Notes: generated from the sequence alone by a model not told the origin. A stretch of DNA of 64,000 bases from Cyanobacteriota bacterium (GCA_033764955.1 JANRIL010000044.1:32001-96000); one strand, 5' to 3'. Positions 33,059 through 44,112 are shown, counted from the stretch's first letter. Program-made: numbers and translations.

Positions 33059-33461
33059 ACTCTTTTCCTCCCTACAGTAACCCCGCCAGCAGACCCAGAA
33101 TCGTTGGGACTAGCGGAAAGAAGCATCTATTTATCCCATAACAACCCATGATCCAGGATGGATAGATAGTGAGGTTGCCCATTGGCATTGGAATTTGCAT
33201 TGGAAATAAAGTATTGGGCAACGGTTATTAAGCCCCAATCTATCTTAATCTTTGCAGCAGGAATTGAGCTGCCCCTCTGTCTACTGCTTTGCGGATCCCA
33301 TCCCCCCTGAGCGCGGGATGGTTATCTTTAAGTGATGGAGAGATTTAGCATGAGGAAGATCGGGGACAGTTGAGACCGATTTCTGAAGGGGAAAAGAAAA
33401 AGGTTTTGCAGATCTTTTCGGATGGATCCATCTCTGACCTGTTTCCAGCTAGGAGGAAATC

Positions 33462-33894
33462 ATGAAACTCTATGATCTAGATTTTTATGCCTGGACTCAG
33501 GAACAAGCCAAGCTTCTGAAATCAGGGCAATGGGATCAATTAGATAGATATTGCCAACTTGGTGGAGGAGATTGAGTCTTTAGGCAAACAAGAACGACGG
33601 GAATTGATGAATTGGCTAGAGATCTTGATGGGACATCTGCTGAAGTGGCAGTTTCAGCCCCAATGTCGGGGCAAAAGTTGGGTGGTGACCATTGTCGGAC
33701 AACGGCAGGAAGTAGAGGAGTTGATTGAGGATAATCCTAGCCTCAAACCTGATCTGGTAGCCAAAGAAACTCCGCTATCCCAGAAAGATCTGCCGGCGCA
33801 GTGCCCCTATACTTTTGAGCAGGTGATCGATCCTGGATTTTATAAAGTTTTACCATCACGATTCAACACTTCTGCGATTGAACAACACCCTTAG
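33462..33894 (+). pseudogene. DUF29-family gene, frameshifted and internally deleted
   Basis: MKLYDLDFYAWTQEQAKLL from ATG 33462; 4-bp GATA duplication (TTAGATAGATATT, about 33540-33552) breaks the frame from LDIANLVEEIESLG; HLLKWQFQP, CPYTFEQ; the helix normally between PSLKP and AKET is missing. Confidence 0.85.
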
Positions 33895-34016
33895 ACAGCG
33901 AATGGGAAGGCTAGTCAGAAAAACTCTCTCCTTCTCCAAGAAGCTGGAGAACCCTATTGGGATGATCTTCAACTTCTTGCATCACTACTATGCATCATTA
34001 TTTGTATAGGACTACC
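33841..34016 (+). mobile_element. IS1-family transposase 3' remnant with right terminal repeat
   Basis: 33875-34009 reads RLNNTLRQRMGRLVRKTLSFSKKLENPIGMIFNFLHHYYASLFV*, typical of the InsB C-terminus; followed by GACTACC (IS1 ends in ..ACTACC); left boundary approximate. Confidence 0.8.
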
Positions 34017-34081
34017 CTGAAGCCCGTTGGCAAAACTGGCGAAAAAGGCAACTCACAACATGACATTAGGCGGATCAGGGC

Positions 34082-36586
34082 TTAGGAACGGGTGCGACTG
34101 GCGGCCACCAGGCGGGGTAAAACCCGTTCGCCGTAGCGCAGGAGCATTTCTAGAGAGGCTAGGCGATTTTCCCAAGTGTTAACGCGGTAAGCCTGTTGCA
34201 GAGACTCGGAGCGCATCCAGTTGGCAAAACCATCCCGCAGGGTAGCTAGGGATCCCTGGGTGGCGGCGAGTTGAGCAGGACTGGGATCCCCGACCAAGCC
34301 ATTGAGATCTTGCTCCACCTGCCTGATGGCAGCAAGCCACTCCGAACGCCCTGGTTCTGGGATCCGTATCTGGTTTTGATTGAGCAAAAATTGCCACTCC
34401 TGCTGCAAAACCTGGAAGCGAGCTTGAGCGGCTCCAAAGGGGTTGCGATGGGGAATCTGGCTAGAGGAAATGGCGGATCCACTGAGAATTTGCTCAAGTT
34501 CTTGGGTGAGTTGACGCGCGGCAAACAGGGCATAGCCTCCCGTGGGCAGATCGCGCACCACCTGCATCTGATCCAAAAATTCCACAGCAGGCAGATCCAG
34601 CAAATTGACGCTGGGTAAATAAAGGGTGGGAGAACGGCGGACAATCTCTAGGTTGGGTTCCACCAACTGTGCCAAGCGGCGGGTGTTTTGGGCATAGGTG
34701 AGGGGAACCAGCAAATCAATGTCTCCCGCTGCAATCCATTTCTCCCAGTCCTGTTGCAGTTTTTGCACCCGCTCATTTTCGGGCAGAGCATAGACCGCCG
34801 CCGATAACACCACATGCGGATCGAGTTTTTGAATCGCTTGGGCAACCTCGCCGACAAACTGGTTGATTTGCTGAGTGCGAAACTGCGTCCACAACTGATA
34901 GAGAGAGCGATCCTGGGTGGGATCCACATCTAAGGGATCCACATCCGTCAGTTGGCGAAACTGCTGACGAGCCGCTTGTCCATAGCCAAAGGTGGCACGA
35001 CTGGAGGCATTTTGAAAGGGATAACGAATATAGTCCAGTTGGATGCCATCCACACCATAATCCCGAATCATTTCGGTGATCAGCCCTAATAGATAGCGGC
35101 GCACCTCTGGATTGGCGGGATCTAGCCAGGTTTCCACCTGACCACGGGGAAACCATTCTTGGCGGTCATCCAGGTTAGCCCAGGTGGGATGGGCGGTTAA
35201 CACCGGGCCGATATAGCGTTCCGGACGGCTGATCTCCGGCAAGACGTTGTGGCGAATATTGCCCACCGCGAACGTCCACATCCAGGCATGTAGCTCAATC
35301 TGTCGCTCATGAGCCAGCTTGACGGCGGCGGCTAAGGGATCCCAGCCACGGGTGAGGGGGTTTTGTTCCGGGGCTAACCGACTGGGGTAGATAGGAAATC
35401 CAGCGTTGATGGTTTCAAAAAAGACCGTGTTGATGCCCGCTGCTGCCAACCGATCAAAAACGCGGCTCAAGCCCAATTCGGATCCCGCCTCGACAATCGT
35501 ACCTCGATCTAACCAAATGGCTCTCACCTCCGGCAGAGCTGTTAGACGATCCACCGGATAGTTTTGCCAGAGATCCGCCCGTGCCTGTTCAAACTCCCGC
35601 CGTGCCTTCACATGTTCTCCGGCTTCTACCCATTTCAAGAGGTTGCTGGTCACGTCGCGGGCATGGTCAACTACACCCGCAAACTGCGGCGAAAGGGAGG
35701 ATGTGGAGGCTTGGGTGGCTTGGGTCACTAACAGCGCACTCTCCACCCGTCCCAAGAGGCTTTGCAGTTCTTGCCGCATCGCCAGGGCTTCTAAGGTATT
35801 GATGGGTTGAGGAGGGGGAGGGGAGGGGGTTCCCTGTCCTCCAGGCTGATTGACTACCGTCAGCCCTTGCAGATATTGCAGGGCAGCTTGTAGCCATTGT
35901 TGATCCTGTTGGGCGGCCTCCGGCTGATCGATGGATCCCCATTTCCAGCCTAAATAGACACTCCGACGGGTGGCAATCACCGCGTAGGGATCCCTAGGGC
36001 TTTCTCCCCACTGAGCGATTAAGCGGCTATCTACCCCCGCCGGCAGTAGGGATCCCCCTCGGATGGGAGTGAAATCGGTCACAAGGCTAGCCCAACTGCT
36101 GTCGGCAAAGGGGGTGAGGCGGATCCCCTCAGCTTGGCGCAATTCCCCACTCCAGTAGGCATCGATTAAAGCCCGCCAAGCGGATTTGTTTTCAGCATCT
36201 ACCTCGAGCGGCCCACTGATAATCAGACGTCCTTGCTGATTTTCCATCCAATTGATCAGGGCTTGGGTTTGATCGGCGGTCAACTCACCCAGATTGGGTA
36301 AAAACAAAATCTTCAGGCCAGCCAATCCATCCTCATTGATCTGCTGGGCAGCCATGACTTGATAAGGGAGGTTGCTGCGATCCAATCGTTGTTGAAGGAG
36401 CGTCCATGCTCCACCCCCACTTTGCCACACTCCTAAGCGAGCTTCTTCCTGCGCCTGAGAATGGAGGGATCCCGGCCATGACAGCAAGGTTAACCCTACC
36501 AGCAGCAATCCCAACCCTGTGCTGAGCAACCGCACTAGCCAACGGCCTTGTTCCCTCCCCCATTGCCCAAGAGGTTTCTCCCCCAT
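34082..36586 (-). CDS. Family 10 glycoside-hydrolase-like (DUF187/GHL10) protein with N-terminal extra domain
   Basis: EVRAIWLDRG, WDPLAAAVKLAH..ELHAW, LDPANPEV, DGIQLDYIRYP; start uncertain (up to 36670). Confidence 0.85.
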   Translation of the reverse strand: MGEKPLGQWGREQGRWLVRLLSTGLGLLLVGLTLLSWPGSLHSQAQEEARLGVWQSGGGAWTLLQQRLDRSNLPYQVMAAQQINEDGLAGLKILFLPNLGELTADQTQALINWMENQQGRLIISGPLEVDAENKSAWRALIDAYWSGELRQAEGIRLTPFADSSWASLVTDFTPIRGGSLLPAGVDSRLIAQWGESPRDPYAVIATRRSVYLGWKWGSIDQPEAAQQDQQWLQAALQYLQGLTVVNQPGGQGTPSPPPPQPINTLEALAMRQELQSLLGRVESALLVTQATQASTSSLSPQFAGVVDHARDVTSNLLKWVEAGEHVKARREFEQARADLWQNYPVDRLTALPEVRAIWLDRGTIVEAGSELGLSRVFDRLAAAGINTVFFETINAGFPIYPSRLAPEQNPLTRGWDPLAAAVKLAHERQIELHAWMWTFAVGNIRHNVLPEISRPERYIGPVLTAHPTWANLDDRQEWFPRGQVETWLDPANPEVRRYLLGLITEMIRDYGVDGIQLDYIRYPFQNASSRATFGYGQAARQQFRQLTDVDPLDVDPTQDRSLYQLWTQFRTQQINQFVGEVAQAIQKLDPHVVLSAAVYALPENERVQKLQQDWEKWIAAGDIDLLVPLTYAQNTRRLAQLVEPNLEIVRRSPTLYLPSVNLLDLPAVEFLDQMQVVRDLPTGGYALFAARQLTQELEQILSGSAISSSQIPHRNPFGAAQARFQVLQQEWQFLLNQNQIRIPEPGRSEWLAAIRQVEQDLNGLVGDPSPAQLAATQGSLATLRDGFANWMRSESLQQAYRVNTWENRLASLEMLLRYGERVLPRLVAASRTRS

Positions 36587-36882
36587 CGGGATTATCCCTT
36601 TTAGTCTGGGTATCTGCCAGTGGACATGGGGCATAATGACTCCTCGACGGGCAACTATCTTCAGACGCAAATCGGACGCTCAACTTCACGTTTGTCGCCC
36701 TCTTTCAAAACGGGCAAAGAGAGCTTCGCTGAAATAGTATCCCTTCCTTCACCAATTAACCATCCCCAATATTGAATTCCGGACATTGAATAGACTGCTT
36801 TTTAGGCGAAGCGACTCACTAATCAGCAGAGATCATCGACAGGAAACGATTCCTCGAAAACTATTCATAAGAAAGGTGAATT

Positions 36883-36911
36883 AAAAAAGCATGTCTTTGT
36901 AGGACATGCTT
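36883..36911 (-). terminator. Intrinsic terminator downstream of the hli gene
   Basis: Minus strand AAGCATGTC-loop-GACATGCTT followed by a T-run. Confidence 0.65.
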
Positions 36912-37038
36912 GTGGTTAAAGATAAATTGAAGGCAAAGGCTTCAAGGCCAGGAATTTATGTTCTATCAGATACGCTGATCTCGCTTCAGCCTAAAACTCA
37001 CTAGGGGGAGGAACGTTAGTTAACCATTAAATCAGTGG

Positions 37039-37191
37039 TTACATCAATCCTAGCCAAGCAGCAACACCTTGGCCGGTGGCCGCTTCAATGACAATAGCCA
37101 GCAAAAAGCCAATCATGGCCGCCCGACCATTTAGGCGCTCGGCGTATTCATTAAAGCCAAATTTGGGTTCGGTAAGATTGGGGTTAGACAT
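37039..37191 (-). CDS. hli: High-light-inducible protein (HLIP/SCP), 50 aa; not in the ORF track
   Basis: MSNPNLTEPKFGFNEYAERLNGRAAMIGFLLAIVIEAATGQGVAAWLGLM; ExxNGR-x-AM chlorophyll-binding motif; AGGAGG RBS. Confidence 0.95.
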   Translation of the reverse strand: MSNPNLTEPKFGFNEYAERLNGRAAMIGFLLAIVIEAATGQGVAAWLGLM

Positions 37192-37235
37192 GGGGTCCTC
37201 CTGAGAAAATCAAGAATGCAGCATTTCGTGATTCC

Positions 37236-37260
37236 AGTATAGTTTACATTTCTTTGCATT
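37236..37260 (-). promoter_or_regulatory. hli promoter: -10 TATACT adjoining an HLR1 (RpaB) direct repeat
   Basis: TTTACATT-TC-TTTGCATT at 37243-37260 (+ strand) next to minus-strand TATACT at 37236-37241. Confidence 0.7.
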
Positions 37261-37331
37261 TTCAACGGTAGCGACGGGGGATCCCTTCGGCTTGTTGCCC
37301 AGAGGGTTCTTTTCCCCTCAGGTGATTGTTC

Positions 37332-38387
37332 TCAGTAAATCATCTGCACCGACAAAAGAAAGGAACTGCCCAACAGCAGGGTGCCGAGGAGGCGTCGCCA
37401 ACCCAAACAGGGGATCTCCATCAACACGCCACCGGCGCTCACACAGAGAAGGGGCAAGATCACCAACCCTGAGCGGGCGCTGGCCTGTAGCCAGTTGACG
37501 GATCCGTGGCTATGGAGCAGGAGCATCGTCAGTTCTAGGCCAATATAAATCACGGCAGCCAGACTAATCAGAGCTTGCTGGCGATGGCTCCACGGCCAGA
37601 CCAAGCGCACCAACGTCAACCCCAATGGCAGCATCAGCGCCGCCAACACAGCCAGCCCACTTTGCCAGACCACCGCTGCTCCGAAGGTATCGTGCAGAGG
37701 CTGCACCCAAGCCGGGATCCCGCCGTACCAGATAGCGTTAATCAGGATGCTACCCCCCACCAGCATCACCCCCTGCCAGCGATAGCGAGGCCACCCCTGG
37801 CTTGTCCAGAGCAATGTAAGGAGAAGGGCAATCGGCCAAGCCCGCGCACTCAGGCTACAGGCTAAGGCTAAGCCGATAAATCGTCTGGGGAGCCTCACCT
37901 GACAAGCCCAAAACAGCAAGGCCGCCGCAAAAATTTCACTGCCCGGTTCTAACCCTTGACTAATCACCCAAGGACTCAATCCCCACAAACCGGCGCTCCA
38001 AAAATTTCCCTTTACCCAGCAGCCCAGCAGGATCAGTAAGCAACCCAAAAGCGCCACCCCCTGCAAAAAGAACGAGCTGGGTAATTCTGGTGCCGGAACT
38101 TGGGCAATAAATTGGCTAAATCCCTGATAGAGGGGTAACTCAGGAGGACTATGGCTGAGTCCAGCGTCCATGTCACTGGTGGTTTGTAAGATTGGCAGTG
38201 AGCGCCACCATTGATGATGAAAACTGGGCTTTTGCAGAGTCAGGCGCAGACGTTGGCTGATCAAAATGACCATGCCTACCCAAAGCAAGGTGGATCCCCA
38301 TATTGTCCAGGATTGCCTACGAGGCAGATCGACGGACGAACGGATCCGGCGGCGACTCAAAGACTGGTTTTTGCGTTTCCAAGACAA
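37332..38387 (-). CDS. Multi-pass membrane protein of unknown function (possibly GT-C fold)
   Basis: About 9 hydrophobic segments; SP-W...E motif reminiscent of membrane glycosyltransferases. Confidence 0.5.
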   Translation of the reverse strand: MSWKRKNQSLSRRRIRSSVDLPRRQSWTIWGSTLLWVGMVILISQRLRLTLQKPSFHHQWWRSLPILQTTSDMDAGLSHSPPELPLYQGFSQFIAQVPAPELPSSFFLQGVALLGCLLILLGCWVKGNFWSAGLWGLSPWVISQGLEPGSEIFAAALLFWACQVRLPRRFIGLALACSLSARAWPIALLLTLLWTSQGWPRYRWQGVMLVGGSILINAIWYGGIPAWVQPLHDTFGAAVVWQSGLAVLAALMLPLGLTLVRLVWPWSHRQQALISLAAVIYIGLELTMLLLHSHGSVNWLQASARSGLVILPLLCVSAGGVLMEIPCLGWRRLLGTLLLGSSFLLSVQMIY

Positions 38388-38499
38388 CGGGCAACCCCCT
38401 ACTGACAGTTAGCTTGCTTGGAGGCCAGCTATGGGCTGTGTCTGTCCTAACCACAACTCCCCTGACATCATAACGAGCGAGGGATAAACTCGTCGGTAA

Positions 38500-39021
38500 T
38501 CAGCGGGTTAACTGGAGATCTTCCGCCGTCGGGCAACCCGCCGCTTGCCAAGCGCGGATCCCTTGGGCGGTGGCTCCATCCGATATATCCCGCGGGATCC
38601 CTTCCGGTCGCAGCACTTGCAATCGGCTCAACACCAGGCTGCTGGTCGGACTAGCCTGAAAAACTTCAGCTCGATAGGCGAGGGAGAGGCTGTCGGTACG
38701 TCGGTTGTCCCAGGTGTCTGGCGAATCCACCCCGACCAATTGGCGTTCTAAGGTTGAAAAATAGATCCCATAGCCCAACGGTTGACTGGGATCCACCGCT
38801 AAATCGAGAGGGGAGGGGAGGAGGGGTTCCACCTGAGGAGGGCTGACCAAAATCAGGCGAAATTGGGCGTTGGTGCGAGTTAAGACAAGATTGACAAAGC
38901 GGGGCAATTGGCTGGTCATCCCTTCCGCCCAAGCATTTACTTCCGTTGGGCAGGCAAGCGCGGGCCACGATAGGCTGATCCACGCTACCCAGAGAATAGG
39001 GATCCCTACCGTTCCTTTCAT
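38500..39021 (-). CDS. Exported hypothetical protein
   Basis: Signal peptide ending ALA-CP; start overlaps the pyrF stop. Confidence 0.6.
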   Translation of the reverse strand: MKGTVGIPILWVAWISLSWPALACPTEVNAWAEGMTSQLPRFVNLVLTRTNAQFRLILVSPPQVEPLLPSPLDLAVDPSQPLGYGIYFSTLERQLVGVDSPDTWDNRRTDSLSLAYRAEVFQASPTSSLVLSRLQVLRPEGIPRDISDGATAQGIRAWQAAGCPTAEDLQLTR

Positions 39022-39713
39022 AACCCCGCCCTGATTTCTGCCCAAGCTACTTCTGGGTCAGGGGCTTGTGTGATCGAGCGCCCAATCACTAAGTAATCGG
39101 CTCCGGCGGTGAGCGCCTGTTGAGGAGTCCAAACCCGCGCCTGATCTTGAAGACCATCTTGAACACGCCGGATGCCGGGAGTCACCAACAGCCAATCTGA
39201 TCCTAACTGCTGACGGAGGCTGGCCACCTCCATGGGAGAACACACGGCTCCGCTACAGCCGGCCCGTTGCGCCATTTGGGCAAGATGCAGAGCATAGTCC
39301 GGCAAATCCAGGGCAATGTTGAGATCGTGCCTCAGCTGAGCTGGGCTGAGACTGGTTAAGACGGTGACGGCCAAAAGCTGGCAAGGGGATCCCTGTGCTG
39401 CTGCTACGGCTGCCTGCAACATCGCTTCTCCTCCCGTGCTGTGGAGGGTGAGCATATCTACCCCTAGGTTGATCGCGGCCGCTGTGGCACGGGCTACCGT
39501 ATGGGGAATGTCATGTAGCTTAATATCGAGAAAAATTTTTTTTTGGCGTTGCTTGAGTTGGCGGATGACAGGCCAGCCCCCCGCTGTAAACAACTCTAGA
39601 CCCACCTTCCACCAGACTACTTCTGGAAGACGCTCCAGCCAAGCCAAAGCTTGCTCTTGGTCAGCCACATCCAAAGCAACAATAATGCGTTCTGCCAACG
39701 TCAACTGAGACAT
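39018..39713 (-). CDS. pyrF: Orotidine-5'-phosphate decarboxylase
   Basis: [36 protein letters not shown]. Confidence 0.96.
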   Translation of the reverse strand: MSQLTLAERIIVALDVADQEQALAWLERLPEVVWWKVGLELFTAGGWPVIRQLKQRQKKIFLDIKLHDIPHTVARATAAAINLGVDMLTLHSTGGEAMLQAAVAAAQGSPCQLLAVTVLTSLSPAQLRHDLNIALDLPDYALHLAQMAQRAGCSGAVCSPMEVASLRQQLGSDWLLVTPGIRRVQDGLQDQARVWTPQQALTAGADYLVIGRSITQAPDPEVAWAEIRAGL

Positions 39714-39740
39714 AATCAGCCCTACGGGACTATAGCCAGC

Positions 39741-39968
39741 CTAAAGGGATCCCGCCTGGGAGGAAAGAGGGGGAGGATCGGGGGTTTTGCTTAAACAGGG
39801 GGATTGAGCCGCCTGCCGAAATGTTTCAATGGATTCCACATGATTGCAAAAGCCACAAAAAGGGCAGTATAAGAGATCCCCGATGTGGGGGGCAATGTCG
39901 GCATGACTCCACCAACGTCCGCAGGCTTGGCAATGGCAGTGGTAGAGATACTCCAGGGAGATTTTCAT
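39741..39968 (-). CDS. Small zinc-ribbon protein
   Basis: CQAC..WWS and CPFCG pairs, 75 aa. Confidence 0.65.
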   Translation of the reverse strand: MKISLEYLYHCHCQACGRWWSHADIAPHIGDLLYCPFCGFCNHVESIETFRQAAQSPCLSKTPDPPPLSSQAGSL

Positions 39969-40029
39969 GATTTTTCATGAGGAACAGAATTAGTTCAACA
40001 GAAAAGATGATTAGTGTGTATGGAAAGAG

Positions 40030-41829
40030 CTAGGGATCCCTGGCCGTCAGGGAGGAAATGTGACGGCGTTGTGGATCCCCCGTGGGGATGGCCGCCAGCA
40101 GTTGCCGCGTATACTCCCGTTGGGGATCCCGATACAGTTGATCAGCAGGGGCGATTTCTTCCAGACGGCCTCGGTTCATCACCAAAATCCGGTCACTCAT
40201 AAACTGCACCACACTCAAATCATGGGAGATAAACAAATAGGTCAAGTCCAGATCGGTTTGTAGCTGTTTGAGAAGATTGAGCACCTGTGCCTGCACCGAG
40301 ACATCGAGGGAGGATACGGCCTCATCACAAATCAGCAGGCGGGGCTGACTGGCTAAGGCACGGGCAATACAGATCCGTTGCCGCTGCCCTCCCGAAAATT
40401 CATGGGGCATCCGCGACAATGCTTGGGGATCCAAGCCCACCTTGATAAACAACTCCTCTGCCCGTTGCCGACGCACCATGGAATTGTCCCCGAGCCGATG
40501 CAAAATCATCGGCTCCAGCACACTCTCCCCCACCGTCAGGCGCGGATCGAGAGCGGCTGTCGGATCTTGAAACACTAACTGGATCTCGCGCCGCCGCTGC
40601 CGCAAGCGTTGGCGAGACAGCGCCAGCCAATCCTCCCCGTCGTAGCGAATGGATCCCGCCGTAGCTTGAGTCAGTCGCAAAATGGTTCGCCCTAGGGTGC
40701 TTTTCCCGGATCCCGACTCCCCCACCACTCCTAAGGTTTCCCCCGGATATATCTGAAAACTGATATCGTCCACGGCGCGAATGTCCCCAATCCTTTGCCG
40801 CCATACCCCCCGCATCGGGAAATGCACCTGCAAGCCCTCAACCTGGAGGAGGGGAGGACGTGATTGCAGCCGTTGCAGACGAATGGACATTTCTCCGCTA
40901 CTCACTTCCAGCAAAGGGAGGGGTTGGAGAGGGATAGATGAGGTCGGCATCTCTAGCTGACCATCCTGCCGCCGCATCGTCCTGACCCAATCCTCGGTGG
41001 TGGGTAGGCGGTGCAGGCGGCGACCCAAAACCGGACGACAGGCTAACAATCCTTGGGTATAGGGATGTTGGGGATGAGCAAAGACGCTGGATATGGGAGC
41101 CGCTTCCACTTTTTTGCCTCCGTACATCACCAGCACCTGATCCGCTAGTTCAGCCACCACCCCCCAGTCATGGCTAATCAACAAAATCGACATCTGGCGC
41201 TGTTCTTGCAACTGGCGCAATAATTTGAGAATCTCTGCTTGAATGGTCACATCCAGGGCAGTTGTCGGTTCATCGGCAATCAATAAACAGGGGTCACAGG
41301 CAATAGCACAGGCAATGGCCACCCGCTGCCGTTGTCCTCCCGACAATTGATGGGGATAACGCCGCAAAAGGGCACTCGGTAATTGCACTTCTGCAAACAA
41401 GTCTGCTGCCCGTTGTTCTGCCTCGCGCTGATTCATCGACAAATGGGTACGAAGAGTCTCTTGTAACTGATAGCCACAGCTATAGACAGGGTTGAGGCTT
41501 TGACCCGGATCCTGAAACACCATCCCCACCTGCCGTCCGCGATAGGTTTGCTTGGGGCGGGCTGAGCTATCTAACAAATTCACCCGGTTTCCTTGGGGGG
41601 GAGTTAACCAGGCGGATCCACTCACTATCGCTGGGGTTGGGGTCAGCCCCATCAAAGCCAACGCTGTCATGGTTTTGCCGGATCCCGACTCCCCGACAAT
41701 GCCGAGGGTCTCTCCCACCTTCAGGTCAAAGCCGATGCCATCCACCACGGACACCCGTTGCTGCCCTTGGGGAATTGTCACAACCAAGTCTTTCACCTGC
41801 AAAAGAGGGGGGGCTGAGGGCTGGGTCAT
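40030..41829 (-). CDS. Peptide/nickel ABC transporter ATP-binding protein (double NBD)
   Basis: Two GESGSGK Walker A motifs, [20 protein letters not shown]. Confidence 0.93.
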   Translation of the reverse strand: MTQPSAPPLLQVKDLVVTIPQGQQRVSVVDGIGFDLKVGETLGIVGESGSGKTMTALALMGLTPTPAIVSGSAWLTPPQGNRVNLLDSSARPKQTYRGRQVGMVFQDPGQSLNPVYSCGYQLQETLRTHLSMNQREAEQRAADLFAEVQLPSALLRRYPHQLSGGQRQRVAIACAIACDPCLLIADEPTTALDVTIQAEILKLLRQLQEQRQMSILLISHDWGVVAELADQVLVMYGGKKVEAAPISSVFAHPQHPYTQGLLACRPVLGRRLHRLPTTEDWVRTMRRQDGQLEMPTSSIPLQPLPLLEVSSGEMSIRLQRLQSRPPLLQVEGLQVHFPMRGVWRQRIGDIRAVDDISFQIYPGETLGVVGESGSGKSTLGRTILRLTQATAGSIRYDGEDWLALSRQRLRQRRREIQLVFQDPTAALDPRLTVGESVLEPMILHRLGDNSMVRRQRAEELFIKVGLDPQALSRMPHEFSGGQRQRICIARALASQPRLLICDEAVSSLDVSVQAQVLNLLKQLQTDLDLTYLFISHDLSVVQFMSDRILVMNRGRLEEIAPADQLYRDPQREYTRQLLAAIPTGDPQRRHISSLTARDP

Positions 41830-41908
41830 CCGATCACAGAAATAGGTAGGCTATCGTTAGGCGCGATTATAGGACAAACCGGATCCCGACTCTAGCCCAC
41901 AACCCTTG

Positions 41909-41990
41909 GCGGATCGACCAATCTCACCGGACGCAAATAACCTTTGCAACTCAGCCGATCAGCTTGGGGCGGTGCAGCGACTTGTTATTA
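41909..41990 (-). mobile_element. Integron attC site (R' replaced by chromosomal G|ATCCGC)
   Basis: Minus strand TAATAAC-AAGTC-GCTGCACC-[central region]-GGTGAGA-TTGGTC-G|ATCCGC: R'' AAC, 5-nt spacer, 8-nt L'' with extrahelical G pairing 6/7 with L', 6-nt spacer. Confidence 0.72.
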
Positions 41991-42047
41991 TGTGTCGTGT
42001 ATCGGCTTTTGAGTTGCGCTGATTCGTAACCATCTAAAGGGCTGCTT

Positions 42048-42695
42048 TCAAACTTGAAGCCAATTTCGTAAAATATTAACCACTACTGGAGCGAAAGGCT
42101 CCAATTGTCCCTGTTGAGGTTGTGTTAGCTCGTCAATCAACAATGCTAGAACTTCTTTATCTCCTTCCAGTCCTTGGTTTGGATCTCCATAACACTTCCA
42201 TAACAACACGTTGGATAATTGTTTGCGTTTCTCGATCAAAGAACGGTTATTGTTCTCATGGTCGCCCAAGTTTAAGACTTGAATGGTATCGATTGCCCGA
42301 TTACTCAACCCCTCAACCCGACCACTAATTTTAAATCGCAGTTCTGTTTTACATTCCGTCATCAGAGGAGTTAGGGGTAGGTGCTGCGATTTATGAGCAT
42401 CGCCACATTGATTATGGGTATTACAACTAGCCACAATATTTAAAAAGTCGAGCGTGCGTTTAGGATTCAGTTTTTGAGCTTCTACATGCTCATTATGGCA
42501 ATCATCAATGTCTTGGATTCGCTGGCAGCAATAGGCACAAAGGTAAAACTGCTCCTTGAGAGCATAGTCTCGAATCGTTGCACGAAGGACTTTCCCCTCT
42601 TCTGTTTTGTCTAGGTCATCGTATACGCCATGAGGGTTCTTCTTCTTCCAAGTTGTCAAACAAGACGGTTCAGCCCCTTTACTAATGGTTCGCAT
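42048..42695 (-). CDS. ptuB: HNH endonuclease PtuB (Septu / retron-Ec78-effector type)
   Basis: EQFYLCAYC, HNEH, NIVASC, CGDAH, LNL..LIEKRK; overlaps the ATPase stop. Confidence 0.85.
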   Translation of the reverse strand: MRTISKGAEPSCLTTWKKKNPHGVYDDLDKTEEGKVLRATIRDYALKEQFYLCAYCCQRIQDIDDCHNEHVEAQKLNPKRTLDFLNIVASCNTHNQCGDAHKSQHLPLTPLMTECKTELRFKISGRVEGLSNRAIDTIQVLNLGDHENNNRSLIEKRKQLSNVLLWKCYGDPNQGLEGDKEVLALLIDELTQPQQGQLEPFAPVVVNILRNWLQV

Positions 42696-44046
42696 GACGT
42701 AATTTTTGTTTACAGAGCAATAATTTAGCTTTGACCAATTCGAGATGATTGGCAGGTAGTTCCTCGGTTAATCTGGCAAGCAATTGTTGAGCCTCCGTTA
42801 GCTTTGAATCCTGTATGGCATCTAGTAAATCATTTAGTTCAGTATCAATTTTCTCGTTACGGATGCTAGTATCCATGACATCTAATAAAACCGTATTAGC
42901 ATCTTGTCCATACTGGGAAGGCAATTGTCGCAACTTACCATCAGCTAAGGAGTAAACCAAAACATTTTTACAGTCGCTGATTATCAGAGGTGAATGGGTC
43001 GTCAGTACAAACTGACAATTTGGGAAAGTTGCAATCAAGCGATCGCACAGGCTTCGTTGCCAAGAGGGATGTAGATGCAAATCAACTTCATCAATCAAAA
43101 CGATACCATCACCTGCTAAAGGATTTTCTAGAGCAGGATTCAGCATGGCTAGACGGCGGGCAATATCACCAACAAGAGCCATTAGTGACTTTTCGCCTTG
43201 TGAAAGTTGGGCTACGTTCAGGGGTTTACCATTTTTGTCAATTGCCATGTAAAGACGAGGTTTACGATGGACTCTAAGATTGTTTATATGGGGCATAAAC
43301 TGGCTAATAGCGGTGCGAACGGCGGTTAACTGCCGATCTTTATTATTGCGTTCGTTTAACAATCGCCATACATCTTGATTAGTTTCAGCTAGTGGTCTTA
43401 GTTGGTTCAGAACCTCTTCAGGAATTCCTGATTCATTTTCGGTATCTTCCCGCTCTCGGAACCATTCAAAAAAGCGACGAAAGTCAACGCCCTGACTTAA
43501 GGAATTATCGTAACCATCCAATTGCAAAAAGGTATGCTTAGTCCTAATTTTTAGTGGAATATCGAGGACGACACGCTCGACAGGGTAAAACGCAATTAGG
43601 GGCAAGCTAGTTTTGTCATTATGAGTGAGTGCATCACGATAACGATTGGCTAAGCGAGTGCAGTTGTTTAGGATGCTACTATATTGAGCCCTTCGCCCTT
43701 TTCTGTTTTTTGCAAGAGTCCATTTGAAATAATGATCGATCTCGCTTTGATTGGAATTGTTCAACAATCCAGAGGAGTCACAAATTTCTATTTCAATGCT
43801 GGCCGCATTGGCAGTGTTGAGTATGGCATCTTCAGGAATAGGGTTACCACTGCCTTTTTCTGTACGTAAACGAGCAGTAAACCAGCTAAGAGAGGTTGCT
43901 AAGGCTTTCAGTACAGAGGTTTTACCAGCGCCGTTATTACCAACAAAGACAGTAATATTGCTGGGGTTTCGCTCAGTGGGCGCTAAGGGAATTTCCAGAC
44001 TTTTAAACAGCCCAATATTATTTAAGATGATCCGTTGGATTTCCAT
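42682..44046 (-). CDS. ptuA: AAA/ABC-type ATPase PtuA (Septu)
   Basis: GNNGAGKT, FFEWFRERED, LSQGEK, LIDEVDLHLHPSWQ, TTHSP, YGQDAN. Confidence 0.88.
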   Translation of the reverse strand: MEIQRIILNNIGLFKSLEIPLAPTERNPSNITVFVGNNGAGKTSVLKALATSLSWFTARLRTEKGSGNPIPEDAILNTANAASIEIEICDSSGLLNNSNQSEIDHYFKWTLAKNRKGRRAQYSSILNNCTRLANRYRDALTHNDKTSLPLIAFYPVERVVLDIPLKIRTKHTFLQLDGYDNSLSQGVDFRRFFEWFREREDTENESGIPEEVLNQLRPLAETNQDVWRLLNERNNKDRQLTAVRTAISQFMPHINNLRVHRKPRLYMAIDKNGKPLNVAQLSQGEKSLMALVGDIARRLAMLNPALENPLAGDGIVLIDEVDLHLHPSWQRSLCDRLIATFPNCQFVLTTHSPLIISDCKNVLVYSLADGKLRQLPSQYGQDANTVLLDVMDTSIRNEKIDTELNDLLDAIQDSKLTEAQQLLARLTEELPANHLELVKAKLLLCKQKLRHANH

Positions 44047-44112
44047 AGGGGTAAAGTTCAAACCTCTGAGGTCTCTGATGTTTGGGTAGTGGTAAAAAGG
44101 AAAAGACTTAAG

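Noticed and set aside
33130..33465. Possible decayed gene or repeat region upstream of DUF29 (GCATTGGAA x2, TTGCCCA/TGGGCAA)
   Set aside because: Frames are broken by stops and I cannot assign them to any family
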